A DNA stretch of 64,000 bases from Prochlorococcus sp. AG-355-M18. GTDB taxonomy: Bacteria > Cyanobacteriota > Cyanobacteriia > PCC-6307 > Cyanobiaceae. Positions within the stretch are counted from its first letter, which is position 1; the number at the start of each line of letters is the position of its first letter. Shown here piece after piece: positions 1-11,715 of this stretch. Location of the stretch: NCBI GenBank assembly GCA_003280725.1, contig QCED01000003.1, positions 571-64,570 of the forward strand. Direction: 5' to 3'. A program made the position numbers and the translations under genes. The notes below the pieces were generated by a model. It did no database searches. It worked only from the letters and a program-made list of their open reading frames with translations, and was not told where the DNA came from.

Positions 1-71
1 TGGCAGGTCTCTTCTCAAAACCCTTAAGAAGGAATCAAATACTAACTTCAAAAACTTTAGTAACGCATTAA
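1..71 (+). CDS. chlN: 3' end of dark-operative protochlorophyllide reductase subunit N (partial, truncated by window start)
   Basis: Frame from nt 3 reads AGLFSKPLRRNQILTSKTLVTH*, resembling the ChlN C-terminal F(S)xPLRR motif, and ends 6 nt before chlB. Confidence 0.8.
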   Translation, partial: AGLFSKPLRRNQILTSKTLVTH

Positions 72-77
72 AAGAAA

Positions 78-1649
78 ATGGAATTAACTTTATGGACATA
101 TGAAGGACCACCACATGTTGGTGCGATGAGAATTGCCTCTTCAATGAAAGACATACATTATGTTCTTCATGCACCCCAAGGAGATACATATGCGGATCTT
201 CTTTTTACAATGATTGAGAGGCGAGGGAAGAGGCCCCCAGTTACTTATACAACCTTCCAGGCTAGAGACCTAGGAGGAGATACAGCTGAATTAGTGAAGA
301 AAAATATTAAGGAAGCTGTAGAACGATTTAAACCAAAAACTCTTTTAGTCGGAGAAAGTTGTACAGCAGAACTTATCCAAGACCAACCTGGAGCTCTTGC
401 TAAAGGAATGGGGTTTGATATGCCAATTGTAAATCTTGAATTACCTGCTTATAGCAAGAAAGAAAATTGGGGAGCTTCAGAAACTTTTTATCAATTAACA
501 AGAACTCTTTTAAAAGAGAAAGTAAGTTCTTCAGAAAAAATAAGTCCTCTAAGGTGGAAGGAATTAGGTCGCAGACCAAAAGTAAATATACTTGGCCCTT
601 CATTACTAGGATTTAGATGTAGAGATGATGTTATTGAAATCCAACGTATACTCTCAGAACAGGGAATTGATACGAACGTTGTTGCTCCATTAGGTGCTAG
701 TTCAGTTGATATTGAGAGATTAATTGATGCTGAAATAAATATTTGCCTTTATCAAGAAATTGCTGAAGCATCATGTGAATGGCTTAGACGGAACTTTGGA
801 ATGGAATATACAACTACTATTCCAATTGGAATAAAAAATACAATTGAATTTATAAATGAAGTTCATAATAAGTTGGATCTCCCTTTGACTAATAAAGAAG
901 AATTAGAACACAAGTCAAAACTTCCATGGTACTCAAAATCAGTTGACTCAAATTATTTAACTGGCAAGAGGGTTTTTATTTTTGGTGATGGAACACATGC
1001 AATCGCGGCTGCAAAAATTGCGAAAGAGGAATTAGGTTTTGAAGTGGTTGGTCTTGGCACATACAGTAGGGAGATGGCGAGGCAAGTAAGAGCTACTGCA
1101 AAAGATCTAAATGTAGAAGCTCTGATAACCAACAATTATCTAGAAGTAGAAGATGCCATAAAAAAAGCCGCTCCTGAACTAGTTTTAGGAACCCAAATGG
1201 AAAGGCATAGTGCCAAAAGACTCGGTATTCCATGCTCAGTAATAAGTACCCCTATGCATGTTCAAGATGTTCCTGCAAGATATAGCCCACAAATGGGGTG
1301 GGAAGGAGCAAATGTGATTTTTGATGACTGGGTACATCCTTTAATGATGGGCTTAGAAGAGCATCTTATTGACATGTTTAAACATGACTTCGAATTTATT
1401 GACGGTCATCAAAGCCATTTGGGACACACAGCAACCAAAATAAAGGATTTAAATAATACTGACGAGAAAAACGATAAAAATATTAAAGAGGAAATTATCT
1501 GGACTGAATCTGGAAGAGCTGAATTAACAAAAGTTCCATTTTTTGTAAGAGGTAAAGTTAAAACGAATACTGAAAAATACGCAATCTTGAGAGGAATTCT
1601 AGAAATAAGTGATGAGACCCTGTACGACGCAAAAGCCTATTTCAGTTAA
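78..1649 (+). CDS. chlB: light-independent protochlorophyllide reductase subunit B
   Basis: N-terminal [11 protein letters not shown] and HAPQGD motifs; C-terminal PCP_red domain ([15 protein letters not shown]). Confidence 0.97.
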   Translation: MELTLWTYEGPPHVGAMRIASSMKDIHYVLHAPQGDTYADLLFTMIERRGKRPPVTYTTFQARDLGGDTAELVKKNIKEAVERFKPKTLLVGESCTAELIQDQPGALAKGMGFDMPIVNLELPAYSKKENWGASETFYQLTRTLLKEKVSSSEKISPLRWKELGRRPKVNILGPSLLGFRCRDDVIEIQRILSEQGIDTNVVAPLGASSVDIERLIDAEINICLYQEIAEASCEWLRRNFGMEYTTTIPIGIKNTIEFINEVHNKLDLPLTNKEELEHKSKLPWYSKSVDSNYLTGKRVFIFGDGTHAIAAAKIAKEELGFEVVGLGTYSREMARQVRATAKDLNVEALITNNYLEVEDAIKKAAPELVLGTQMERHSAKRLGIPCSVISTPMHVQDVPARYSPQMGWEGANVIFDDWVHPLMMGLEEHLIDMFKHDFEFIDGHQSHLGHTATKIKDLNNTDEKNDKNIKEEIIWTESGRAELTKVPFFVRGKVKTNTEKYAILRGILEISDETLYDAKAYFS

Positions 1650-1838
1650 TTCCTACTAATAAATTATAATTAAGACATGAGTATTTACACTCATAATTAG
1701 AAAAATCTAATCCTGAAAATTCAGTTATAAGAACATATTTCCTACTTTTAATACAATTAAATAAATATTTGTTTAGAAACATATTTCATGTGTATTTACG
1801 CTGCAAGAATATAAATAATAATGTGTTTTAAGCTTTAA

Positions 1839-2726
<888 letters not shown>

Positions 2727-2732
2727 TCTTAA

Positions 2733-3737
2733 TTAATCTAATCCAACCAATTTTTTTGTTAAATCATAAGTTTGTTTAGAGGTATTTTTATCAATTATTC
2801 TTTTTGACAACTTTTGCGAAAAAGCTTTCCTGCCAGTTTTTTGACGATTTCCCCAACTCCAATGAACTGATGGTTTAGCAAACTTTCTGTAGGTTGCCAC
2901 TTGAGCGACCCTCTCTCCTGCTAATCTTTGTGAAACATATCCTCTTGTTATAAATTTTTGAAATATCGGGAAAAGAAATCTAAATAACCAAGGAGTGTCT
3001 CTAAAAAGTTTTGTATCAGCAACACATCCAGGATATAGAGAATTTACAATAATTTTCTCTGCACTATATCTTTTTGATAATTCCTGAACGGTCACCATAT
3101 TACAAAGTTTACTATCTTTGTAAGCCTTACCAGGTTTAAATTTCTTTCCATTTGCCATACTTATTGGAGATAAAAAACCATTTTTAAATCCAGATAAATC
3201 TCCTAGATCAGCTGGGGCAGGAATTGGTATCCTTCCTCCAAGTTCTGAAAAATTAGCCGTGACAGTTCCTAATATTGTAATTCTTGGCTTAAATACAGTA
3301 GATTTACCATTCAGAACGATTTTTCTTTCTGAAGATAATATATTTTCCATAAGCAGGTTTATCAAAAGAAAATGCCCAAAATGATTAACAGCCATTGAGT
3401 TTTCAAAACCTTGTGGAGATCTTTCAGGTTTCTTTAGTCTCGGCTTATAGACAGCTGCATTACAAATAAGAGAATTTATTGGATATTTAAACCTTTCCAA
3501 TATTTCATGGCAACCTTTTCTTACATCATCCAAGTTAGAAAGATCTATTTCAACGAAGTGAACATTTTTAATTTCATCTTTTGTCAAGAATTCCTCAGCT
3601 ATTGTTATGGCTTTTTTATTTGATCTATTAACAGCTATAATTTCCCAGCCAAATCTTAAAAGAGGTTTTAGGGTATTCAGTCCAACCCCTGAAGTGGTTC
3701 CTGTTATTAGTACTAAACCTTTAATGTTCTTAGTCAC
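2733..3737 (-). CDS. por: light-dependent protochlorophyllide oxidoreductase (SDR family), GTG start
   Basis: TGxxSGVG Rossmann motif, VNHFGHFLL, catalytic YKDSK and LYPGCVA. Confidence 0.93.
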   Translation of the reverse strand: MTKNIKGLVLITGTTSGVGLNTLKPLLRFGWEIIAVNRSNKKAITIAEEFLTKDEIKNVHFVEIDLSNLDDVRKGCHEILERFKYPINSLICNAAVYKPRLKKPERSPQGFENSMAVNHFGHFLLINLLMENILSSERKIVLNGKSTVFKPRITILGTVTANFSELGGRIPIPAPADLGDLSGFKNGFLSPISMANGKKFKPGKAYKDSKLCNMVTVQELSKRYSAEKIIVNSLYPGCVADTKLFRDTPWLFRFLFPIFQKFITRGYVSQRLAGERVAQVATYRKFAKPSVHWSWGNRQKTGRKAFSQKLSKRIIDKNTSKQTYDLTKKLVGLD

Positions 3738-3790
3738 TAGAAATAAAGTTGATAAAAAATGATAAGTAAAATGATCCTAGATCACCCTTA

Positions 3791-4108
3791 TCATCGCCAT
3801 ATTACTCTGATAATGTCCCTAGAAATTATTTGATCCTGATCCTTCATAAATCTTTGCTGACCCTCAGAAGAAAATAAATCATCAAACCTACTTGTCAAAG
3901 CATTAAATCTATATTTTTCGTATGAAAAAGAGTTTTGAATTTCCCTTAATCTGGTTAATCTAACTTTGGAACTATAACCAAGTTTAAACAAGCTTACTAT
4001 TGCTAAAAATGAAAAGCATATTTTTATAGTTAGAAAAACTAAAGACAAAAAATATTCCTGTTTCTGTTGCTTCTTTATAAATGCAGAACCAAGATAATTG
4101 TTATACAA
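3791..4108 (-). CDS. small bitopic membrane protein with coiled coil; possible FtsB/DivIC-like cell division protein
   Basis: One hydrophobic segment followed by an amphipathic helix and a short beta-like C-terminus (IIRVIWR); TTG start. Confidence 0.65.
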   Translation of the reverse strand: MYNNYLGSAFIKKQQKQEYFLSLVFLTIKICFSFLAIVSLFKLGYSSKVRLTRLREIQNSFSYEKYRFNALTSRFDDLFSSEGQQRFMKDQDQIISRDIIRVIWR

Positions 4109-4218
4109 AATAGTACTTTAATAAAAATTTTTTACGAATTTAATCGTAATTATCTTATTGAATCATGTAATTCAGTTTTACAATAGTAATACCTTTAAAG
4201 TATATATTTAAATAAATT

Positions 4219-4323
4219 TTAATTTCTACCTAAACTAATTCCTAGCCTTAGTGCTAAAACACCCGCATGAATAACAACTATTAAGCTTAGTGCAATTAAA
4301 TTTATCGTTTGAGTTGGCTCCAT
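4219..4323 (-). CDS. psaM: photosystem I reaction center subunit XII (not in the supplied ORF track)
   Basis: Manual translation [34 protein letters not shown] (34 aa); single TM with the PsaM LALRLG motif. Confidence 0.92.
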   Translation of the reverse strand: MEPTQTINLIALSLIVVIHAGVLALRLGISLGRN

Positions 4324-4462
4324 AGTAAAAAAATTTATTACCTATATTCTCCACCCAAAAGAGGAAATTTGACACACTATTACAAAATGATGTTACGTAA
4401 TTAATAAATCAAAAGAAATATTTTTACTAAAAATTATTATAAATAGACCTATAAAGTTAATT

Positions 4463-5182
4463 TTGGGAATAGGAAATCAAGCTTTAATTTTTTCGACAAA
4501 CAATTTACCTGGGTTTGATCAAATGGCTTTCGATTTAAATTCTTTAAATCAGACTATTTCCAATCCTGAAGTACTTCTCACATTGAGATTCTACTATTGG
4601 ACTGGGGATTGGCTTTCAATTGGCTATCACCAAAAGGAAATTCCTCATCATTGGGAAAAATTATTATCTAATGGGGAAATTAACATTGTTAGACGTCCTT
4701 CTGGAGGGGGAGCTGTTTTGCATTCAGGAGGAATAACATATGCATTAACATTTAAAAAAACTTACTATAAAATCCTAAGTTATGAAATGGTTAATAATTG
4801 GCTAATTAAAAGTTTTAGAGAATTAGGTCTCAACTTGCAAAATGGAAATTCACAAAAATCAAGCATTAAAGCAAATTGTTTTGGTACTTCATTAATTTCT
4901 GATTTAGTTGATCAGGATGGGTTTAAGAGGATAGGAAGTGCCCAATTTCGTAAAAAAGGTGCCTTTCTTCAACATGGTGAGATCCAAACAAATCCTTCAA
5001 AAGATTTGTGGTTCAAATTATTTAAAGAAGAAGCTCCACCAAAAATAAATTTAGATCTCACAAATGATGAAATAGTTCAACATTTAAGAAATTCATTCTT
5101 AGAGAATAAAACAAATCTAAGGATCAAAAATGTTTCCATAGATGTTAATGATATTGAAAAATTTTTTGATACAGATTTCTAA
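4463..5182 (+). CDS. biotin/lipoate A/B protein ligase family protein (lipoate-protein ligase A-like)
   Basis: LRFYYW...SIGYHQ, VRRPSGGGAVLH, KRIGSAQ and LQHG motifs. Confidence 0.88.
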   Translation: MGIGNQALIFSTNNLPGFDQMAFDLNSLNQTISNPEVLLTLRFYYWTGDWLSIGYHQKEIPHHWEKLLSNGEINIVRRPSGGGAVLHSGGITYALTFKKTYYKILSYEMVNNWLIKSFRELGLNLQNGNSQKSSIKANCFGTSLISDLVDQDGFKRIGSAQFRKKGAFLQHGEIQTNPSKDLWFKLFKEEAPPKINLDLTNDEIVQHLRNSFLENKTNLRIKNVSIDVNDIEKFFDTDF

Positions 5183-6402
5183 AGATCTCCTTTCTTCTTC
5201 ATAGAATTAACTATTCTTGGTAATTCAATGCCAAAAGGATATAGATTTTTATTTTTAAATACATTAACAATCTCTGGGGGCAAATTAAAACCTAATTTAT
5301 TAAATACAAAGTATCCAATCTTGGTCCTATCAATTATCCCTAGGGGGATATCTGCATTATTCAATACCACAATAAATCCTTCACTCGTTTCTTCAAGTCT
5401 CTCTATAACTCTCCATAATTTGTCTTTACCATATAAACTTGCAAAAATATTGATTGGTTTCTTAAAATCTCCAACAAAAGTTCGTCCCCATTTTTTTATG
5501 GAGACAGTTTTCAAAATATCCTCGTCAACAAAACCAGTCCATCTACCATTATTTGCAACAAAAAAATATTTATCTGCTTCATCTTTTTTATTTTTTAATA
5601 ATGTATTAAACTCTATGAAATTAGAATCAAATTCAATTTTTCTTAATGGCTTTAATTTAAGCTCAGAAACTTTACTAAATTTAAGTATGTTTTCAATTTT
5701 TAAAAACTGACTTTCTGACTTTGAAGAATTAACTCCAAACAAGCCTAAGAAAGAAAGGATAAAACCATAGTAAAAGTTAAATCTAAATAAACAAACTATC
5801 CCAAATATTAGAACTAAAAAAGATAAAGATAAATTTACTTTATTTAGAAAATTTCTTCCTTTGTTTTTACTCCCTGAGAAATACCAAATAAGACTTTTTA
5901 ATAAATTCCCTCCATCTAAAGAACCAATTGGAAGCAAATTTAAGAACCCTAAGAATAAATTTAATACTCCTACCCTAGAAATAATATTGATGAATATTAT
6001 TTCTTGTGATGTACCATAACTACTAATTAAAAGAAGGATAGATGCTGTTACAAAACATAGTAAAGGTCTAACAATTGCGATTTTTATATTACCTAAAGCA
6101 GTTTGACAGTACTTATCTATTTGTAAAATTGCTCCGAGAAAATAAAAAGTAATTTTTTTTATTTTTACACCCTGATTTAAGGAAACAAAAGTATGTAAAA
6201 CCTCATGAGAAATAATGGATGATAACAAGAAAAAAGAACTTGAAAACCCTATAATCCAAGCTTCTTTGGTATTGTAGGTATCACCTGAGGTTAAATTAAC
6301 CTGATTACTTATACTCCAAGAGAATAAAAAGAGAATTGCAAACCAATAAGGATGAATTTTGAAGGGAATACCCCATATTTTAAAAATTTGCCAACTTCTC
6401 AA
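5179..6402 (-). CDS. site-2 protease (peptidase M50) with degenerate C-terminal CBS-like region
   Basis: HEVLH (HExxH) in a TM segment and NLLPIGSLDGG (NxxPxxxLDG). Confidence 0.85.
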   Translation of the reverse strand: MRSWQIFKIWGIPFKIHPYWFAILFLFSWSISNQVNLTSGDTYNTKEAWIIGFSSSFFLLSSIISHEVLHTFVSLNQGVKIKKITFYFLGAILQIDKYCQTALGNIKIAIVRPLLCFVTASILLLISSYGTSQEIIFINIISRVGVLNLFLGFLNLLPIGSLDGGNLLKSLIWYFSGSKNKGRNFLNKVNLSLSFLVLIFGIVCLFRFNFYYGFILSFLGLFGVNSSKSESQFLKIENILKFSKVSELKLKPLRKIEFDSNFIEFNTLLKNKKDEADKYFFVANNGRWTGFVDEDILKTVSIKKWGRTFVGDFKKPINIFASLYGKDKLWRVIERLEETSEGFIVVLNNADIPLGIIDRTKIGYFVFNKLGFNLPPEIVNVFKNKNLYPFGIELPRIVNSMKKKGDL

Positions 6403-6457
6403 AAATAATCTCCGCTATATTTATCAATAATATTAATTTTACATACAGGATAATAAT

Positions 6458-7114
6458 ATGACCAAGACTAATACTTTAGTGAAAATTTGTGGACTAACCT
6501 CAGAACAACAAGCTCTTCAGATTGCAGAATTAGGAGCACATGCTATCGGCATTATTTCAGTTGAAGAGTCACCAAGATATGTATCAGCTGAAATCAAGAA
6601 AAAAATTTTTAAAACCTTAGAAAGTTTGTATCCAGAAGTCCAAAGGGTATCAGTTGTTCAAAATTGTCCCATAGATTTAATTATTAAAAATTTCTTAGGC
6701 AGCCCAAGTGAAAATATCATTCAATTACATGGAGATGAAGATATTGATTACTGCAAAAAAATAAGGGAAAAAATTCCAAATATTGGCCTATGGAAGGCTT
6801 TCAGAATAAAAACAAAAAAGGACTTAGATCAAATAGAACCTTTTGAAGATTTTGTAGATGCTATATTACTTGATTCTTGGAATAAAGAAACCTATGGAGG
6901 TTCAGGGGAAAAAATAAAATCTATTTATTTAAAGAAATTAAAATTTAAGAAACCTTGGTGGTTAGCTGGCGGCATATCAATAGAATGGATTGATGAAATC
7001 TTGACAGAGATCAAACCAGACGGAATAGATATTTCTAGCAGCATTGAGATAGCTCCAGGTTTAAAAGATATAAAGAAAACAGAAGCTCTAATTAATTTTA
7101 TAAAAAAGAGTTAG
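6458..7114 (+). CDS. trpF: phosphoribosylanthranilate isomerase
   Basis: VKICGLT, SPRYV, IQLHGDE, GGSG, LAGGI and DISSSIE motifs. Confidence 0.95.
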   Translation: MTKTNTLVKICGLTSEQQALQIAELGAHAIGIISVEESPRYVSAEIKKKIFKTLESLYPEVQRVSVVQNCPIDLIIKNFLGSPSENIIQLHGDEDIDYCKKIREKIPNIGLWKAFRIKTKKDLDQIEPFEDFVDAILLDSWNKETYGGSGEKIKSIYLKKLKFKKPWWLAGGISIEWIDEILTEIKPDGIDISSSIEIAPGLKDIKKTEALINFIKKS

Positions 7115-7851
7115 TAATTATTTGTAGCAGATTGTTGTTTTACGAGCTCAAAAAATTCTTGTTTTAAACTTAAATCATGTCTAAAATCGCCTCTCACTAT
7201 AGAATTAATCATACTTGTGTTTGGTTCTTTAACTCCCCTCCATTTCATACAATAATGCTGGGCTTTTACAATAATTCCTAGGCCTTTAGGTTCACATAAT
7301 TTTTCAATTTCATCTGCAAGAATCATTACAGCTTCTTCCTGAATATGAGGTCTTGAAAAAACCCAGTCAGCAACTCTAGCAAATTTTGAAAGTCCTATGA
7401 CCTTATTCCCAGGTTTAATACCTATCCAGCACTCTCCTAGAATTGGAACTAAATGGTGTGAGCATGCTGATCTTACAGAGATAGGGCCAACTGTATAAAT
7501 CTCATCAAGGTTCTTATCATTAGGGAAACTTGTAACTTTTGGTTGCTCATGATATCTACCTTTAAAAACCTCATTTAAATACATCTTTGAGACTCTTTCA
7601 GCAGTTTCTTGGGTATTATGATCATTTTCTACATCTATTACAAGAGATTTAAGTAAGTCTTTGATTCTTGAAGCTACTTCTTTTTCTAAAATTTCTAATT
7701 CTCCTGGATTAATGAAATCTGAAATATTATCGTTAGCACTATATCTTGTTCCAGAACTCTTAATTCTGTCTCTTATAATTTCAGAGATGAGTTTATTAGT
7801 AATCTGATCGTCAAAGTTTCTAATATTATCGTTGGGTAATGTAGAGGTCAT
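7111..7851 (-). CDS. folE: GTP cyclohydrolase I, with N-terminal extension
   Basis: Zn ligands in SACSHHLVP and HYCMKWRGV; IGLSKFAR and QE motif. Confidence 0.93.
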   Translation of the reverse strand: MTSTLPNDNIRNFDDQITNKLISEIIRDRIKSSGTRYSANDNISDFINPGELEILEKEVASRIKDLLKSLVIDVENDHNTQETAERVSKMYLNEVFKGRYHEQPKVTSFPNDKNLDEIYTVGPISVRSACSHHLVPILGECWIGIKPGNKVIGLSKFARVADWVFSRPHIQEEAVMILADEIEKLCEPKGLGIIVKAQHYCMKWRGVKEPNTSMINSIVRGDFRHDLSLKQEFFELVKQQSATNNY

Positions 7852-8006
7852 AAAATTCTAAACAGAAAATTTGTATGCAACTTAATTAACTGTATCTTCT
7901 AAAAGCTTAATTGCTCATACACTATATCACATTCTATTGTTCAATCGGGTTCGAATAGGCCTAATAAAAATCACTTTATTTATGAGTAAGTAAATAAACA
8001 GAATGT

Positions 8007-8714
8007 TTAAAATGCTCCTCCAGAAGGCATCAACGTCAAGTCTTCAATCAGTTGTGATTCAGGTCTTTGAGCCATATATAGAATAGTATCTGCTACCTCG
8101 CCAGAAGAGAGCATAGAAGTTCTATCAAAATCAGAATTAATTGATTCGGAGTCCCAAAGAGGTGTATTGACTGAACCTAGAGTTATTGTGCACGCTCTTA
8201 TTGAATTAGATCTCTCCTCTTCCCTCAAGCATTTAGTAAACATTGCTAGCGCAGATTTTGAAATGCAATAAGCTCCCCATTTGGGAAATGCATTATAAGA
8301 CGCATGACTACTAACATTAATGACTAAACCACCATTTTTTCTCATTTGAGGGATAATTGAACTACAAATTTGAAAAACACTTGTGAGGTTTATTTGAATA
8401 GTTTTCTCCCATTGATCTAAATCCATTTCAACTAAAGACCCATTAAATGCACAACCGGCATTATTTATCAAGACAGAAGGGCACCCATACTTCTCAATTG
8501 CTTCTTTGACGCAATGCTGTATTTCTTGAGAATTAGATAAATCACATTTAACCAGGCTAATTTTTGATTTAGTATTCAACAGTTCGCTCTTTAGTTTCTC
8601 CATTAAATCCTTGCTCCTGGAAAGTAAAATTAAATCCCAGCCAGCATTAGCAAATGTAATAGCGGTAGATCTTCCAATACCTTTCGTAGCACCTGTGATA
8701 AAAGCTAGTTTCAA
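8007..8714 (-). CDS. short-chain dehydrogenase/reductase; start moved to TTG 8714, just past the accA stop (ORF track begins at 8756)
   Basis: TGATKGIG, INNAG and YCISK motifs. Confidence 0.88.
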   Translation of the reverse strand: MKLAFITGATKGIGRSTAITFANAGWDLILLSRSKDLMEKLKSELLNTKSKISLVKCDLSNSQEIQHCVKEAIEKYGCPSVLINNAGCAFNGSLVEMDLDQWEKTIQINLTSVFQICSSIIPQMRKNGGLVINVSSHASYNAFPKWGAYCISKSALAMFTKCLREEERSNSIRACTITLGSVNTPLWDSESINSDFDRTSMLSSGEVADTILYMAQRPESQLIEDLTLMPSGGAF

Positions 8715-8715
8715 T

Positions 8716-9723
8716 TTATTCAGTTTTTTGGGGTATTTCACTATAAATCTCTTCAATATTATTTGCTTCGATAAATTTACCTAAAACCCTAAACTTTTTG
8801 TATCTTTCCTCAATTAATTCATCTTCTGGCATTTGCAATAGATCATTAAGGTGTTTCTCAATAGCCTCTTTTAGTGTATTGCCAGCATCTAAAGGAGCCC
8901 AATTGTTTCCACCAGAGGGTTCTGGTAATACTTCATCTATTATCCCCAATTTAAGTAAATCTTTACCTGTAATTTTAAGTGCTGATGCAGCTTCTGGGGC
9001 CTTTGCAGCATCTCTCCACAATATTGAGGCACATGCTTCAGGACTAGCAACTGTATAAACACTGTGTTCAAACATTAGTAACCTATCAGCAACACCTATT
9101 CCAAGTGCACCTCCAGAACCACCTTCTCCAATGACAGTAGCCACAATGGGGACTTTGAAGCCAAACATCTCCCTTAAGTTTCTTGCGATCGCTTCTCCTT
9201 GTCCTTGTTCTTCAGCTGTTAAACCTGCATAAGCTCCAGGAGTATCGATAAATGTAAGAATTGGCAAAGAAAATCTATCAGCATGCTTCATTAACCTAAG
9301 AGCTTTTCTGTAACCTCCAGGCTTTGCCATCCCAAAGTTTCTTACTACATTTTCTTTTGTATCTCTTCCTTTCTGATGGCCTAACATTAAGACTGGTCTA
9401 TTACCTATCGAACCAATCCCCCCAATTAGTGCCATATCATCGCCGCCATTTCTGTCTCCATGTAATTCGATCCAGTCATCACAAAACATTTGAACAAAGT
9501 CCAAAGTGCTAGGCCTTTGAGGATGTCTAGCTACCTGAATCTTTTGCGCAGGAGTGAGAGATTTAAATATTTCTTCTCTTCTCCTAGCAGCTAAGGTTTC
9601 AAGCTGCAAAAGCTGTTGACTAACATCTACTTCTGAATCTCTAGCTAATTCTTTAATTTGCTCTATCTGTTTCTCAAGTTCAACTAGAGGCTTTTCAAAA
9701 TCAAGGAGGTAACGTTTAGCCAT
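8716..9723 (-). CDS. accA: acetyl-CoA carboxylase carboxyltransferase subunit alpha
   Basis: [23 protein letters not shown] and [10 protein letters not shown] motifs. Confidence 0.97.
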   Translation of the reverse strand: MAKRYLLDFEKPLVELEKQIEQIKELARDSEVDVSQQLLQLETLAARRREEIFKSLTPAQKIQVARHPQRPSTLDFVQMFCDDWIELHGDRNGGDDMALIGGIGSIGNRPVLMLGHQKGRDTKENVVRNFGMAKPGGYRKALRLMKHADRFSLPILTFIDTPGAYAGLTAEEQGQGEAIARNLREMFGFKVPIVATVIGEGGSGGALGIGVADRLLMFEHSVYTVASPEACASILWRDAAKAPEAASALKITGKDLLKLGIIDEVLPEPSGGNNWAPLDAGNTLKEAIEKHLNDLLQMPEDELIEERYKKFRVLGKFIEANNIEEIYSEIPQKTE

Positions 9724-9726
9724 AAT

Positions 9727-10767
9727 TTAGACAGTTAACACTTTAGGCTGCTTATCAAGTCCAATCGCAGAGAAACCATGCTTTAAAGAAGCTGCTCCAA
9801 TAAATTCCATCTTTTCAAGGGAAATGTTATTTCTTCCCCAACTAAAGTTTGTATGACACTTTTCAAATTCTAAAATCATAGCTTCTGCAAAGCAGGCAAA
9901 CATCTCCCGCTGGGGGTTTTGCATTTCCGCAAGTTCCATCATATTCCAACCAATATCATTGAAAAACTCTACTATACCTCCTTTTAAAACATGAATATTT
10001 TCACCTTGAAATTTCTCATCAAGATTTTTGGGGTATCCACCATCAATCATTAAACATGGTTTTTTTAAGTTATTAGTGTCAATTTCAATAGTTTTAGGCA
10101 TACTTGCAACCCATACAACAATATCTGACTGAGGTAATGCTTCATCTAAACTTGTTATAATGCCACCATTCAATTCTTTTTGTAAAAGGGCTAATGGTTC
10201 TTGTTGTCTTGCTACCATAAGAAGCTCAGAAATCCCAGTTTTGTTGATAAGCCATCTACAAACTGCACTGCCAATATCACCTGTAGCACCAATTACAGCA
10301 ACAGTTGCTTTTTTAAGGTCTATCCCAATTAGAGGTGCATTTATTTCGAGTTGCTTACATATAACCCATGCGGTATGAGTATTACCAGTAGTAAACCTTT
10401 CCCATTCTAATGAAGTATTTCTAATTTTTTTATGTTGTAGAAGATTAAAATTCTCGAAAATAATAGAAGTAAATCCGCCTAAAGCGGTAATGTTAATTCC
10501 TTTTTTCTGAGCTAGTTCCATAGCATTTAATACTTTTCTTCTAGCCGTTTTAAACCTAGAAAGCATTTCAGGAACAAAGCAAGAATCTATATAAGAACCT
10601 TCGATAGTTATTCCAGTAGCACTCTTAACTTCTACATTTTCAACCAATTGAGGAGGAGCTGTACACCAAACATCCAAGTCGCCATCTGCAATGTGATCAA
10701 AGCCAAGTAACGAAGCTTTCCTTTTTGCGTCTTCAAAGCTAGTTGAGTGGCCTATTAACCCAAACAT
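9727..10767 (-). CDS. aar: long-chain acyl-ACP reductase (alkane biosynthesis)
   Basis: MFGLIGH N-terminus, [19 protein letters not shown] and FACFAEAM; adjacent to ado. Confidence 0.96.
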   Translation of the reverse strand: MFGLIGHSTSFEDAKRKASLLGFDHIADGDLDVWCTAPPQLVENVEVKSATGITIEGSYIDSCFVPEMLSRFKTARRKVLNAMELAQKKGINITALGGFTSIIFENFNLLQHKKIRNTSLEWERFTTGNTHTAWVICKQLEINAPLIGIDLKKATVAVIGATGDIGSAVCRWLINKTGISELLMVARQQEPLALLQKELNGGIITSLDEALPQSDIVVWVASMPKTIEIDTNNLKKPCLMIDGGYPKNLDEKFQGENIHVLKGGIVEFFNDIGWNMMELAEMQNPQREMFACFAEAMILEFEKCHTNFSWGRNNISLEKMEFIGAASLKHGFSAIGLDKQPKVLTV

Positions 10768-10875
10768 TTAAGATTTATTTATGGTTTCTATATGATGTTA
10801 TGAAGAATAGCACAGAGGTAACTACTTAAATAGAAAGATTAATTACGAAAATGCTTTATTAATGAATAAATATAA

Positions 10876-11631
10876 TTAAACGATAGCTGCCATAGCCATT
10901 CTTGCAATTTCTCTATTATCTAAACCTATTTCCATAAGGGTATCTTGGTAAGCAATCATAAATTCTTCCATTAATTCTTCTTTATCCATGGCTAAAACTG
11001 ATGCGTCTTCTGCTACTTCATCTAACATCTTTTTAATTAAGGGAAGGTTCACCTTATTTGCTTCCATTAATTCCTCTTTACATTTAGACAAATTCTCTTT
11101 AAGCCACTCTTGACCATAATTTAAATGAAGATATTCATCTTTAACTACTCCCTCTGTTATTTTTTTAGCAAAAGGATCTGCAACTCGTATGTATACGTTA
11201 TAAGCAGAGATTGCAAATGCTTCGATTAAAATAGCTTGTATTAAAAGACAAGTTGTTAAATTTCCTTTCTCAAGAGCAATTTGAAAATTACCATGTAATT
11301 TAGAAAAAAACTTTTTAGCAAATTCCATATCTGCGACTACGCCTAAATTTCTTCCACATGCAGTGAAGCCTCTTTTATGTTTCATTTCCATTCTGGCCAA
11401 TTTAGTTAACTCATCTAACTCATTTGGTATTAAAGTTGCTATTGAAAGGTAATTATCATGAGCCTCTTGCTCTCCCTCTATAACAATTGCATTTATTCTG
11501 CTATATGCATCCTTATAAGAATCTGTAGTAAAGTCAGGCAAATTTAAAGAAATCGGATTAGTCGATTCTTCAGTAGTTTTTTTATTTGATTCTAGAGTTT
11601 GCATGTCAGTAATCTTTAGTTCATTATGCAT
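10876..11631 (-). CDS. ado: aldehyde deformylating oxygenase (start may be the downstream Met of MQTLE)
   Basis: YKDAYSRINAIVIEGEQEAH with di-iron ExxH motifs EMKH and DEYLH. Confidence 0.96.
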   Translation of the reverse strand: MHNELKITDMQTLESNKKTTEESTNPISLNLPDFTTDSYKDAYSRINAIVIEGEQEAHDNYLSIATLIPNELDELTKLARMEMKHKRGFTACGRNLGVVADMEFAKKFFSKLHGNFQIALEKGNLTTCLLIQAILIEAFAISAYNVYIRVADPFAKKITEGVVKDEYLHLNYGQEWLKENLSKCKEELMEANKVNLPLIKKMLDEVAEDASVLAMDKEELMEEFMIAYQDTLMEIGLDNREIARMAMAAIV

Positions 11632-11715
11632 GAATATTACATGATTATAGTATTTTTATTTAAATATCATGAAAATAGTTTCAATTGTTAAGTCACATTT
11701 TTTACTTAAATTTAT

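Noticed and set aside
4166-4182. TGTAA-N7-TTACA as an NtcA site
   Set aside because: Spacing is GTA-N9-TAC rather than the canonical GTA-N8-TAC.
7852-8006. Known THF riboswitch upstream of folE
   Set aside because: I could not match THF-I or THF-II consensus features; kept only as a generic hairpin.
8715-8756. Apparent 41-nt overlap of the SDR ORF with accA
   Set aside because: An in-frame TTG at 8714 immediately before the Rossmann motif removes the overlap.
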